From NCBI GenBank assembly GCA_039589315.1, contig JBDHHQ010000003.1, positions 1-64,000 on the forward strand: DNA of 64,000 bases, in the 5' to 3' direction. The DNA comes from Gemmatimonadota bacterium (lineage in GTDB: Bacteria > Gemmatimonadota > Gemmatimonadetes > Longimicrobiales > Gaopeijiaceae). The notes beneath the pieces are model-generated. The model did not search any database. It had not been told where the DNA came from and saw only the letters and a program-made list of their open reading frames with translations. Of this stretch, positions 43,352-53,380 are shown in pieces (the stretch's first letter is position 1; every line of letters begins with the position of its first letter). The translations under genes were made by a program, and so were the position numbers.

Positions 43352-46087
43352 CTACAACCGCGCAGGATGCTCCCGGAGGATGTCGCCCTTCCGGACGTCC
43401 ACCACGACGACGCCACCGTTGGAGGTGATCCCGAACAGCTTGATCACCACGCATCGGTCGTCGGTCGGCCCGCCATCCGGCGGATACGGGATGGTGCCCT
43501 GCTCGTCCGCGAAGATGTCCACGGCCTGGCCGATGACCTGGCCGGTGCCGTTGAGTACCGTCTTCGACTGGCACTGGAACGCCGCGTTGTCCTCCGGGAA
43601 CGGCAAGACGGCCCGGAGCGGCCCGGCCACGACGTCCTTGATGAACAACCGACCCACCCGGTTGAAGTGGAACGCGTCCACGATGTCGATCGTGCCCTGA
43701 CCGGTCCCCAGGAAGGCCAGATGGGTGTCCGGATCGTACCGACCGCTCAGGTTCTCCCGTGAGGGATAGTTGGCGTGCAACGGATGGAGCGCCGCGCCCG
43801 CGCCGCCGGCTGGTAGATCGGCGACGCCCTGGAGCCGCAGATCCCGGGAGAAGAAGTACCCCTGGAAGCCCCGCGCCACGCCCAGCGTGCCGTCGTGGTT
43901 CAGGGAGACGCCCCGGACGGTCTCGCTGGCGTTCGTCAGGAGGTCGGTGACGGGGATCACGCCACTCAGGCGGTCCGTCGACGCGTCGTACATGATCACC
44001 CGACCAATGGGCTCGATGGAGCCCTCACCGAACACGACCCAACCACGGTCCCCTGACGCCGCCACGAATGTCGTGTCATGGAAGCCGATGTTGGGCACGC
44101 TCCAGCGGCCGGAGAAGATCTCGACGTCCGAGCCCAGAGCACGGGCCGACGACGCGGCCAACTCGATGAGCTCGGGCGGATCGTTGGCGATCACGTCGGT
44201 CGTGCCGGGCGTGTGATCGAAGATGGTGGCCAGGTCGTTCAGCGGCGTCGACGTGATGCCGATGTTGTCCACGTTGGCCACGGCCACGAAGTCCGGCGCG
44301 TCGATCAAGTCGCCGTGCTCGTAGAAGAGCCTGACCTCGACCAGGTTCTGCCCGGTGGGCACCCACGCCCGCCGAATCGTGCCGAAATCACCCGCCAGGG
44401 TGGTCTTCGTGGAGTACAGCACGCGGCCGGTGGAGTCCACCGCCATGAACTGGGGCCGATCACTGAAGCCGGGCGGTGACGCGTCCGGATGGAAGGTCAC
44501 GCGGTAGCGCAGAGCACCGATGTCGTCCACGCGCCGCTCGACGTCGAACAGCACGACGTCCGGGGTCACGATCCGACGGCCCGGGTCCTCCACGTGGTCG
44601 GCGTAGGGCGGATTCAGGTTGACCGGAGGTCCGAGGTAGACGTTGGAGATGTTGGTCCCGCCCGAGTTGGCCACCAGGAGCGTGTCCTCGCCCCGGTTCA
44701 ATTCCAGCCCCCACGGCTCGGAGCCCACGGGAATGGCCGGCAGGAAAGACTCGCTCTGGAGCCCGAAGATCTCGATCTGATCGCGATCGTGGTTCGACAG
44801 GAAGAGGCTGCGGCGGATCGTGTCGACCTCTGCGTCCAGGATCAACCCACCCGCTGGCAAGAACACCGTCCGACCGGCCACGATGGATCGCACGAGTCGC
44901 TCGCCGGCACGTTCCTGCGCCGCGATCTGTCCTCCGGGCAGAGTCGTGCACGGCAGACGCTCCGGTGCGGCACCGCCCACCGACGCCGCGCAGTTTCCGT
45001 TTCCGTCCACCATGTAGCCCGTGACCTCGAACACCAGCGTGTCCGGTAGGGCCAGCGAATCCACGTTGAACGGTGTGAACTGGAAGTTCGTGACGACGTT
45101 GCCCGTGCGAGGTGGCGTGTAGATCTGCTCGTCGCTCTGGATGAGGGTGTCCCCCCGGATCGGCGAGATGGCCAGAACCGTGTAGCCAGCCCGCGACACG
45201 CCGCTGCCCGAGTTGTTGTCCACGCCGCTCACCGTGACGTTCACCGGGTCCTTCAGCTCCATGCGGATCTCGGACGTGGCCGACGAAAGGACCTCGGGCG
45301 GCTGGGTATCGCCGGCGCCGGAGGAACCGACATTGAGCGTGAACGGACCGGCGAAGCCGAGGAGGTCCAGCGTATTGCGGGCGGAGGCCACGAGGCTGAT
45401 CGCCCCGGTGGTGCCTGCCGGGATCACGACGACGGTGTCCATCGCCGCTGAATCCACGGGAGGGTTGAACGACTTGACGATGGTCTCCTCGAAGGCACCC
45501 GTGACGTCGATCTGGAGCTGGAGGATCCCGTCCGGATCCGTTCCCCGGACCCTGACGGAGAGGCTCAAGCCGGCCTGGACCGACTGTCCGTCTTCGATAT
45601 CCAGCACCTCGACCTTGGTGCCCCCGATGAGGATCTTGGCCGTATCGGCGGCGACGGCCCCGTCCACGTCCTTCGCCGCGACGACGACGAAGACCTGCTC
45701 GCGCGTCTCGTCGGAGGTCGGCATCAGGAAGCGACTCAGCAGGGTGTCCGACGCCACGCCCTGCAAGTTGGCCGTCTTCGTCGTGAAGCGGGGGATCAGC
45801 TCTTCGGTGCCCAGATCCGGGTCTCCCCGGACGGCGAAGCCCTCGTAGACCACTTCCGTGATCCCCCGCCCCGCCCGGACCCGTGCGGTCACGAGCAGGG
45901 AGTCACCCAGGGACTGGGTGCTGGACTCCGCGGACGGCTCCTCGATGTCGACTGTCACGTCCGTGGACGTGTTGACGACGGTCCCGCCGGAAAATGCGTT
46001 GTCACCGGTGCACGCAGCCGCCGCGAGGGCAGCCACACCGGTCGCCAGGCCGGCACGAAGCCGGCCGATCTTGCTGAATCGGCACAT
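43352..46087 (-). CDS. large lipoprotein with Ig-like N-terminal region and probable beta-propeller C-terminal region
   Basis: Lipobox LAAAAC, beta-rich repeats, IPVGSEPWGL...LLVANSG YVTN-like blade; directly after pilQ. Confidence 0.75.
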   Translation of the reverse strand: MCRFSKIGRLRAGLATGVAALAAAACTGDNAFSGGTVVNTSTDVTVDIEEPSAESSTQSLGDSLLVTARVRAGRGITEVVYEGFAVRGDPDLGTEELIPRFTTKTANLQGVASDTLLSRFLMPTSDETREQVFVVVAAKDVDGAVAADTAKILIGGTKVEVLDIEDGQSVQAGLSLSVRVRGTDPDGILQLQIDVTGAFEETIVKSFNPPVDSAAMDTVVVIPAGTTGAISLVASARNTLDLLGFAGPFTLNVGSSGAGDTQPPEVLSSATSEIRMELKDPVNVTVSGVDNNSGSGVSRAGYTVLAISPIRGDTLIQSDEQIYTPPRTGNVVTNFQFTPFNVDSLALPDTLVFEVTGYMVDGNGNCAASVGGAAPERLPCTTLPGGQIAAQERAGERLVRSIVAGRTVFLPAGGLILDAEVDTIRRSLFLSNHDRDQIEIFGLQSESFLPAIPVGSEPWGLELNRGEDTLLVANSGGTNISNVYLGPPVNLNPPYADHVEDPGRRIVTPDVVLFDVERRVDDIGALRYRVTFHPDASPPGFSDRPQFMAVDSTGRVLYSTKTTLAGDFGTIRRAWVPTGQNLVEVRLFYEHGDLIDAPDFVAVANVDNIGITSTPLNDLATIFDHTPGTTDVIANDPPELIELAASSARALGSDVEIFSGRWSVPNIGFHDTTFVAASGDRGWVVFGEGSIEPIGRVIMYDASTDRLSGVIPVTDLLTNASETVRGVSLNHDGTLGVARGFQGYFFSRDLRLQGVADLPAGGAGAALHPLHANYPSRENLSGRYDPDTHLAFLGTGQGTIDIVDAFHFNRVGRLFIKDVVAGPLRAVLPFPEDNAAFQCQSKTVLNGTGQVIGQAVDIFADEQGTIPYPPDGGPTDDRCVVIKLFGITSNGGVVVVDVRKGDILREHPARL

Positions 46088-46111
46088 AGCTCTCTTCCCC
46101 CCGGATCCTCG

Positions 46112-47869
46112 TCAGTTCGTCTGGACGATGTGCGGGGTCACCAGGATCATGAGATCCCGCTGGATCGTCTGCTGCCGGGTCACCCGGAAAAGGGGCCCGA
46201 GGATCGGGAGATCCATCAGAAGTGGAATCCCGGACCGGTTCTCGGTGGCCTCCGTCACGGTCAAGCCGGCGAAGACGACGGTTTCACCGTCCTCCACCAG
46301 CACCCTCGACTCGGCCTCCTGCGTGCGGAAGATCACGCCCGCGTCGGAGTCGGCGAGCTCGGCGGCGGAGCGTTCGGCTCTCACCTCCAGCAGGATGTTG
46401 TCACCTGCGGTCACGTGAGGCGTGACTTCGAGGATGATACCGGTCTCTTCGATCTGTACGGTCGCCTGAGGCACGGTGGCCGCCTGGCCACCCCCGCCGC
46501 CGCCCCCACCACCGACTACGCTGGTTCCCTGGTCGATCACCCGGATGGGGGTACGCTCGCCCACGAGAATCCGGGCTTGCTGGTTGTCCATCACCGTGAG
46601 GGACGGCGCCGCCTGGATGTCGCTCAGGTTCACCGCCTCGAGGGCCTCGATGAAGCCGATGAGCGTATGCCGACCGATCAAGAGGGAGGTCAACAGCGTG
46701 AGCGTGGGGCTGGGAACCCGGTTCCGCGCGTTGCCCAGAGCCGCGATGGAGTTGCCTCCGAGGGAGACCACGTCCGTTCCGATGGGAACCTGTTCATCGG
46801 GCAGGTCGATCTGCCCGTTGCCGTCCAGATCTGCCGCACCCGGGGTGATGGAGTTGAGCTGGTTACCTCGGGAGTCCTTGAGGTCGTAGGTGACCCCGAA
46901 CTCGAGCAGATCGGTGCGCTGAACGAAGATGATCTTGGCCGCGATGCTCACCTGCGGCGTCTCGATGTCCAACTCGTCCACCAGCTCCGCGACGGACGCG
47001 ACGACCCGAGGTAGATCCGTGACCACGAGCGTGTTGTTGGCCTCGCTCACGGAGACCCGACCTCGCTCCGAGAGGAGCGCCGATACGGGCAGCTGCAGCT
47101 CGCTGGCGGTGGCGAAGTTGACCCGGTACGTCTGGGTCACCAGCGGCTCGATCTGTTCGCGAACCGAGAGATTCTGAATGTTGTCGACCCGGATGATCCC
47201 GGTCTCGAGCTCACTGGCCACGAGGCCGTGAGACTCGAGGATCGTCTGGAGCGCGATGTCCCACGGCTGGCTCCGGATGTCGGCGGACACCAGGCCGATC
47301 ACGTCGGACCCCGGGACGATGGAGCGACCCGAGTACTCGGCGAAAGCGAAGAGCACGTCCCGAATGGGCGTGTTGCTGAACGAGATCGTGATGGCCGGCG
47401 CCCGCTGCTGCGGCGGGGGGCTAGCCGTGGCGAGGCGTGCACCCTCCTCGGACCGGTCTTCCCGAACCTCGGACGTGCGCGTCACCGAGCTCCACGGTTG
47501 GAAGCTGGCGCCCGGACTCTCGACAGCGATCCGGATGTAACCCGTGCCCCTGACGATCTGATAGGGCCGAATCTCCTCGAGCTCCAGCACGACCCGGACG
47601 ACGTCCTCGGAGTACTGGCTGGTCCGCACCGCGAGGACACCACCACGGTTGATGCCCAGAAAGTCGTCCCGCGGCAGGTCGTGGGTGGTCCCCATGAGAT
47701 CCAGGACCAGACGGTTGGGGGCCTGCAGCGTGAAATCCCGATAGGTCACGTCGCCGTCGACGGCGATGATGACCTCGGCGTGATCAGCCGTGGGATGGAT
47801 GCTGATGCCGGTGACCGCGCCGCCGCCGCCCAGCAGCAGGCCGGCCCACAACGTCAGGATGGAGCTCAT
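46112..47869 (-). CDS. pilQ: type IV pilus secretin
   Basis: AMIN domain (PNRLVLD), PWD.AL, secretin C-domain (GIILEVTPH, GIPLL.DLPILGPLF, ILVTPHIV). Confidence 0.93.
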   Translation of the reverse strand: MSSILTLWAGLLLGGGGAVTGISIHPTADHAEVIIAVDGDVTYRDFTLQAPNRLVLDLMGTTHDLPRDDFLGINRGGVLAVRTSQYSEDVVRVVLELEEIRPYQIVRGTGYIRIAVESPGASFQPWSSVTRTSEVREDRSEEGARLATASPPPQQRAPAITISFSNTPIRDVLFAFAEYSGRSIVPGSDVIGLVSADIRSQPWDIALQTILESHGLVASELETGIIRVDNIQNLSVREQIEPLVTQTYRVNFATASELQLPVSALLSERGRVSVSEANNTLVVTDLPRVVASVAELVDELDIETPQVSIAAKIIFVQRTDLLEFGVTYDLKDSRGNQLNSITPGAADLDGNGQIDLPDEQVPIGTDVVSLGGNSIAALGNARNRVPSPTLTLLTSLLIGRHTLIGFIEALEAVNLSDIQAAPSLTVMDNQQARILVGERTPIRVIDQGTSVVGGGGGGGGGQAATVPQATVQIEETGIILEVTPHVTAGDNILLEVRAERSAAELADSDAGVIFRTQEAESRVLVEDGETVVFAGLTVTEATENRSGIPLLMDLPILGPLFRVTRQQTIQRDLMILVTPHIVQTN

Positions 47870-48369
47870 GGAGTGCCTCCTTCGTTCGGTCGCGGCAGCG
47901 CCATGATGCGGCGCTCCGTGAGGCCGAACTCCTCGACTTCGACGGTGATCTGTAGGCGCTGGATTTCCAGGACGCGCGTGTTGCCCAGTACGTCTCCCCG
48001 GTGTAGCCGGAACGTCTCGATCTTCTGACCGGCAGCGGCTTCCGTGTCGGCGGATACGCCGTTCTCGTCCACCTCCGGCATCTCGCCGACCCCGAACAAG
48101 ACCACGCTATCGGTGGGATCATCGGCCATGATGATCCCGAGCAGGTGTAGCTGCTCGAACCGCGGACCCCCGGCTTCGGCCGTGACGAGGGGTCGGAAGG
48201 GATTTCGCCGCTCGAACTGGGGATACGTGAACATCTCACGCTCGAACGAAAGCTGGACTGCCGTGTCGGCCGCCTGATCCCGCTGGGCGACTTCGTCCTG
48301 CGCCTCTGCTCCCGGTGCCGTCAGCATGACAGCAGGGATCAGGAACCGCAGCATCGTGCTCGGTCTCAT
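47866..48369 (-). CDS. pilP: PilP-like protein
   Basis: RRNPFRP motif, L.L.GII, position between pilO and pilQ; no lipobox Cys. Confidence 0.7.
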   Translation of the reverse strand: MRPSTMLRFLIPAVMLTAPGAEAQDEVAQRDQAADTAVQLSFEREMFTYPQFERRNPFRPLVTAEAGGPRFEQLHLLGIIMADDPTDSVVLFGVGEMPEVDENGVSADTEAAAGQKIETFRLHRGDVLGNTRVLEIQRLQITVEVEEFGLTERRIMALPRPNEGGTP

Positions 48370-48992
48370 TCGCTGACTGCTCCCGGCTGTGCGGGCTGCG
48401 GGACGTCCGGAGGCACCTCTCCTGGCCCGGGCAGGACATAGGTCTGGATGCGGAAGCGGGCCGTGACGGCGGCGTCGTAGTCGATCGCCTCCTCGTCTCC
48501 GTCGAAGAGGGTGAGGTCGAGGTCCACCGGAGTGACGATCCGTGGAAGCGACGCGACGGACGTGAGGAAGCGACCCACATCGTGGTACTCGCCGATCACG
48601 CCGATCTCGTAGCTGCGTTTCGTATAGAAGGCCCCCGTCTCCGCAGGCTCCGGCCGCATGAGCGCCAGATCGATGTCGGACCGCCGTGCCTCCATCGCCA
48701 TGTTGTTCAGGAGCGCGGGAACCTCGTGACTCCGGGGGATCAACGTTTCCAGGGTGGCCACATGGCGCTCGTAGAGCGCAAGCCGCTCGATGAGGTCCTG
48801 GGACCCCCGCGCGGCGACGATCTGGGCCCGGCGGTTCGCGCTCTCCAACTGCTCGAGACGGGCCTGCATGGCGTCGGTGTCTTCCCGCTTGGGCGTATAC
48901 CACGAGTCGTAGAAGAAGTAGAGGCCCGCGCCAACGATAAAGAAGATCAACAGTGCAGCCCTCTGCGTCGGCTTCTCTGGAATCAGCGCCAT
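48366..48992 (-). CDS. pilO: type IV pilus assembly protein PilO
   Basis: TM + coiled coil, LIP..EVP.LL, G.YH..G.F...V..LPRIV. Confidence 0.9.
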   Translation of the reverse strand: MALIPEKPTQRAALLIFFIVGAGLYFFYDSWYTPKREDTDAMQARLEQLESANRRAQIVAARGSQDLIERLALYERHVATLETLIPRSHEVPALLNNMAMEARRSDIDLALMRPEPAETGAFYTKRSYEIGVIGEYHDVGRFLTSVASLPRIVTPVDLDLTLFDGDEEAIDYDAAVTARFRIQTYVLPGPGEVPPDVPQPAQPGAVSE

Positions 48993-48995
48993 CGG

Positions 48996-49679
48996 TCAGT
49001 CCAATCCGGCGAGGGTGTCCATGTCGCCCTGCCCGAGCAGCGGCACGGTCTCGATGAGCTCCGGCGGCGGCACCTCGTACGAAGCCTCCAGCGTGAAGTC
49101 GTGGACCGTCGTTACGCCGGACAGGCCTTGATCGCGCTCCACGACCTGCTCCGTCGTCACGAGCTCGACGCCGCGGATGAACGGAGAGGCCTCGAGGTTC
49201 TCCATGAAGCGGGTCAACGCGAAGTTGTTGCCGCTCCGTCCCTGGACGCGGAAGTCGGGCTGCTCGGCCGCACCGACCTGGATGATGCCGCTGAGCCACG
49301 TGTAGTCCGGAAGCGCCCGCGCCACCTCGTCCAGCACGTGGGGCCACACGTAGCGGCCCTGGTCGATGCCCTGGATGATCGCCACGCGGGTGGCGATGGA
49401 ATCGCGCCGGGCGATGAGGGCCTCGTTGCGCTGGACGATCTCGGCGTAACGGGCCGAATCGGCGACGGCCGCCTCCGTTTCTACGGTCAACTCCTCCCGC
49501 TCGCTCCGGATGCCGAAGAAGAGCGTCGCGGCGTATCCGATGCCGAGGGCCGCCAGGGCGATGGCGCCCATGAACCAGCGATCCCCCCCCACACCCCGCA
49601 TCCTCGGGAGAGGGATCTTCCTCCGAGCGCCGGGCGCGGCGCTCCGCTTGCCGCCTGGTAGCAGGTTGACCTTGATCAA
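48996..49679 (-). CDS. pilN: type IV pilus assembly protein PilN
   Basis: IKVNLLP N-terminus, TM, LP...WL. Confidence 0.9.
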   Translation of the reverse strand: MIKVNLLPGGKRSAAPGARRKIPLPRMRGVGGDRWFMGAIALAALGIGYAATLFFGIRSEREELTVETEAAVADSARYAEIVQRNEALIARRDSIATRVAIIQGIDQGRYVWPHVLDEVARALPDYTWLSGIIQVGAAEQPDFRVQGRSGNNFALTRFMENLEASPFIRGVELVTTEQVVERDQGLSGVTTVHDFTLEASYEVPPPELIETVPLLGQGDMDTLAGLD

Positions 49680-49698
49680 GGCTCGATCGTCCTCTGGC

Positions 49699-50736
49699 TT
49701 AGGCTGCCCTGAGGGCTAGTCCGAGTGGGAGGAGGAGCATCGGTGCGGCCTCCTCCAGGTCCAGATCCAGCCCGGCATCCGGGTGGACCGGCGTGCGCTC
49801 GAATGGATTCACCACCCTGGTTTCGACACCCATGCGGCGTCCCAGCGCCTCCGCCATGCCGGGAACGCGCGCGCCGCCACCACTGAGGTGGATGCGACCG
49901 AGGTTGGATCCCGCCTGCCGGGTCATGAGAAAGGCGGAGGCGCGCTCGATTCCGACCGCCACCTCTTCGGCGCTGGCTTCGACGAACGTCTCCAGGCCCT
50001 CGATCCGCTCGTGGCCCCGGACCACTGCCTCGGCCTGGTTGGCCGAAAGGCCCCGCTCCCGCTGGAGGTCCTCCCGGATGCGGCGAGAACCGAAGGGGAT
50101 GTCCCTCGTCAGGATGGGGATCCCACCCTCGAGGATGTTCACGTTGGTGATCTCGTGCCCCACGTTGACCAGCGCGACGATCCCCCGCATCGCCTCCGGG
50201 TAGTTGTGCTCGAACGCGTTGTGAAGCGCGAAGGCGTCCACGTCGATCACTCCGGGCGAGAGGCCCGCGGTCTGTAGCAGAGACACCTTGTTCTCCACCA
50301 GCTCGCGTTTCGCGGCGACCAGGAGCACGGCCATCTGGAGGCCTTCCGATTCGGGATCGAGGATCTGGAAGTCCAGCTCCACGCTCTTGATGTCGAAGGG
50401 CACGTGCTGCTCGGCCTCCCAGCGGATGACCTCGCGCGCGTCCGCCTCCTTCATCCGGTCCATCTCGATCTTCTTGATGATGACGTCGTGGCCACCGATG
50501 GCCGTCACGAGCTCGGGCCGCTTGAGCCCGAGATCCTGGAGGAGGGCGCGGAGCGTTTGGACGACCACGTCGGGATCCATGACCTCGCCCTCGACGATCG
50601 CGTCGGCCTCGAGAGGCCTCATCGCCACCCTGGTCACCTCGGGCTGATCGCCCGAATGGTCGACCTCGACCAGCTTTATGAACCCACTGCCGATGTCGAT
50701 GCCCACAGAGGTCTTCTTCCGCCCGAACAGACCCAT
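49699..50736 (-). CDS. pilM: type IV pilus assembly protein PilM
   Basis: VGIDIGS, EAEQHVPF, LLVAAK, LSGGGA, GLALR. Confidence 0.95.
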   Translation of the reverse strand: MGLFGRKKTSVGIDIGSGFIKLVEVDHSGDQPEVTRVAMRPLEADAIVEGEVMDPDVVVQTLRALLQDLGLKRPELVTAIGGHDVIIKKIEMDRMKEADAREVIRWEAEQHVPFDIKSVELDFQILDPESEGLQMAVLLVAAKRELVENKVSLLQTAGLSPGVIDVDAFALHNAFEHNYPEAMRGIVALVNVGHEITNVNILEGGIPILTRDIPFGSRRIREDLQRERGLSANQAEAVVRGHERIEGLETFVEASAEEVAVGIERASAFLMTRQAGSNLGRIHLSGGGARVPGMAEALGRRMGVETRVVNPFERTPVHPDAGLDLDLEEAAPMLLLPLGLALRAA

Positions 50737-50786
50737 TCAGCTCTCACAGTGATAAGTAAACAAATTTTTCTCAAAATCTTGGGTGC

Positions 50787-50865
50787 AGCATACTGCCAGA
50801 ATGTCAATAAAGTCAAGACTTTTCTCCATTATCGACCATTCTAGAAGATTACTAAACATTTGATT
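50787..50865 (-). promoter_or_regulatory. AT-rich pilM promoter region with IHF-type site
   Basis: TTGACT-N18-TATGCT (50816-50787); AATCAAATGTTTA (50865-50853) matches WATCAANNNNTTR. Confidence 0.6.
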
Positions 50866-50950
50866 CAAAACTCCCTGATAACGCACGCACTCATCAAGCT
50901 CCCGCGCGGTCCGGGGAACCCCTTCGCTACGGGACCCCCGACCCGACACC

Positions 50951-52135
50951 TCACGGCATGACCGAAGAGAGATCCACCCAGCCTCGCTGGCCCAGCGGTC
51001 TGGCCCGACTCAGGGCGTCGTTGAAGAGGATCGCCCGCATCGCCGCGCAGTTGGACTGCTGGACCACAGAGCCACCCACCGTACGCTCGTCATCGAGCAC
51101 GACGTTCGAGGCCAGGACCCCACCCAGCACCCGGTTGCCGGAGCCCTGGGTCTCGAACGCGCCCTGGGCGATGATGATGCCGTGCCAGAGGAAGTCGCCG
51201 CGGACATCTATGTCCTTCTCCACCAGGAGCACCCCCTGCCCCATGCTCGCCGACTGCACCGTCATGGACCCGCTGATGTAGACGATGGGGAAGTAGGTGC
51301 CACACGCTGAAGCGGGGTTCAGGGGATCGCCCCAATTCATTCTGTCGGCCCGGTCGCAGCTGCCGTCTTCGGTGAACGACGGCTCCATCCCGTTGAAGTT
51401 GCCGCCCTCGAAGGTGAGCGTCGCCAGGCTGATCAGCTCATCCCAGCTCCACTCGCCGAACTCGGTGAACGTGGCGTCGTCGAGGTCCGGATCGTGCACG
51501 ACCGGTTCGGGAACACCCGTCACCCGCCCCTTACCGGCGTACATCACGTTGCTGCTGTCGTCGACGAGAATGCCGATCTTGTCTTCGGCATCGAATTCAG
51601 CGCAGACATCCGCCCACCCAGGTGGGTCGACGTCCTCGCCGTGCACCTCGGCAGTGCCGAGGATCTGCACGTCGCCCCGGGTGGTCAGTGCGGCCGGCGG
51701 CTCGATGGCGGCCGATAGGACCCGGGCGATCATGCCCACGCGCCTGCTGGCCATACGTTCCTCGCCGATGCTCCCGCCGGCCAGGACGGCGGCGAGTGGG
51801 GCGTCTCCCTGCCCGTCGAGGAAGAACAGGCGGTCGCTCATCTCGGTGACCTCTACCGTCCAGACGCCGGCGTCGGTGGTGTCGCTCACGGTCATGGAGG
51901 ACCACGCCGTGTCCGCGCTGTACGTCTGCCAACTCCAGTTGACCATGACGTCGGCGACGCCCTGCTCTGCCAGGTAGAAGGAGTGCGTTCCGTTCTCGCT
52001 GGCCAGGCCGATCCGGTGCTCCTGACGGGCGATGTAGAATCCACCCGTCACCAGCACTCCGATGACCACCAGGCCGAGGACGGCCGCTGGCAGGGCGAAA
52101 CCCCGCTCCGTTTGCTCATTCATGGCTACTTCCAT
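50951..52135 (-). CDS. PilX-like minor pilin (cluster 1)
   Basis: RG|FALPA class III signal without E5; AEQG motif. Confidence 0.75.
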   Translation of the reverse strand: MEVAMNEQTERGFALPAAVLGLVVIGVLVTGGFYIARQEHRIGLASENGTHSFYLAEQGVADVMVNWSWQTYSADTAWSSMTVSDTTDAGVWTVEVTEMSDRLFFLDGQGDAPLAAVLAGGSIGEERMASRRVGMIARVLSAAIEPPAALTTRGDVQILGTAEVHGEDVDPPGWADVCAEFDAEDKIGILVDDSSNVMYAGKGRVTGVPEPVVHDPDLDDATFTEFGEWSWDELISLATLTFEGGNFNGMEPSFTEDGSCDRADRMNWGDPLNPASACGTYFPIVYISGSMTVQSASMGQGVLLVEKDIDVRGDFLWHGIIIAQGAFETQGSGNRVLGGVLASNVVLDDERTVGGSVVQQSNCAAMRAILFNDALSRARPLGQRGWVDLSSVMP

Positions 52136-52160
52136 TTCTGCTCGGCCCTCCGGGCCGCCG

Positions 52161-52973
52161 TCAGTTGCGAACGTTGACCCGGACCGTGACAGAATCCTGC
52201 ACGGGATCCCCCCGGGAATCCGTGACGCTGGAGCGGGTGCGCAGGGTCACCTCGATCTGGGTGACTGCCAGCGCATCGGTCGTGACCGTCCCGTTCTCGT
52301 CCAGGTACCGGAACGCGAGGGGGGACTCGGACTTGGCGTCCAGCGGGCCCACCATCGGTTGGGCTTTGCCTCCCGGAGCCTGTCGGCCCAGGAACGGGTA
52401 GCCGTCGAACTCGAACACCCCGTAGGTGTACCGCTCATAGCTCCGAAGCGGAGCGCCCGGGAGGATGGTGTCGGCGCCGGTCAGGCCCGCCAACGTCAGC
52501 AGCTGCGCTTGCTCCGTTCCGCTCGCGCACGTCACGGTCGTGTCGGTCGTCGTGACGGAGAGCGAGCGCCACTGGTCGTCGCTCGCGAGCTCCGGATTAC
52601 CGTCGATCAATGCGAAGACCGAATCGCCCTTGGCGAACCACCGACCCACCCGCTTTGCCGTCACCTGAGGCGTCGTCACCGACGCGGTGTCGCATGCCAG
52701 CCCGACGGCCCGCATGGTCCGGATCGTCAGGCTGTCCGCGCCGAAGGTCAGAAGGTCCCCTCCCGGAGCGCTGATCTCCCGGAGCTCGCCGAAGAGCACG
52801 TCGACGCCGGCCCGGATGGTCTGCTGGCCGCGAATCTGGGCGGCTTGGACCGTGTAGGTCCTCTGGTTGGCCACGAGGACCTGATAGGTCGAGGCCAGCA
52901 CGAGGCCGCCGAGGACCACGACGATGAGCAGCTCGACTAGGGTGAAGCCCCTCTTGTCCGTGGCCATGGTCAT
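52161..52973 (-). CDS. PilW-like minor pilin (cluster 1)
   Basis: KRG|FTLVE; C-terminal V.VRN. Confidence 0.85.
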   Translation of the reverse strand: MTMATDKRGFTLVELLIVVVLGGLVLASTYQVLVANQRTYTVQAAQIRGQQTIRAGVDVLFGELREISAPGGDLLTFGADSLTIRTMRAVGLACDTASVTTPQVTAKRVGRWFAKGDSVFALIDGNPELASDDQWRSLSVTTTDTTVTCASGTEQAQLLTLAGLTGADTILPGAPLRSYERYTYGVFEFDGYPFLGRQAPGGKAQPMVGPLDAKSESPLAFRYLDENGTVTTDALAVTQIEVTLRTRSSVTDSRGDPVQDSVTVRVNVRN

Positions 52974-53380
52974 GAGCCCGTGAAGATGTAGCTGAACGTG
53001 TCCGCCACTGCGCTGGAGATCTTGGGCATGCCCCCCTCGCCGGCGCCCTGCTCCATGCCGGGTCCGACCGTCACGATCTCCACTGTCCGGTAGTCGCCGT
53101 TGTCCACGACGCTCCACGAGACCTCGAAGATGCCCACCGTGTCGGCTCCGTTCGCGACCCTTTCCAGGGGCATGGCCCTGAGCTGCTCGACCACGGTCTG
53201 CAACGCCGCGCCACGCTCGGTGTCCAACTCGGCCACGCTGACCTTCTGGATCGTGTACGCCGTCACGCCGGCCAGCCCCAGCATCCCGACGGTCAGGATC
53301 ATCAGGGCCACCATCAGCTCCACCAGCGAGAAGCCGGCCTCGCCTCTCAGGGCGCTCTGGATCCGCTTTGAGATCTTCAT
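52970..53380 (-). CDS. PilV-like minor pilin (cluster 1)
   Basis: AG|FSLVELMVAL.IL.VG.LGL. Confidence 0.85.
   Translation of the reverse strand: MKISKRIQSALRGEAGFSLVELMVALMILTVGMLGLAGVTAYTIQKVSVAELDTERGAALQTVVEQLRAMPLERVANGADTVGIFEVSWSVVDNGDYRTVEIVTVGPGMEQGAGEGGMPKISSAVADTFSYIFTGS

Noticed and set aside
50784..50798. sigma54-like TGGCAGTATGCTGCA upstream of pilM
   Set aside because: GG-to-GC spacing is 9, not the required 10
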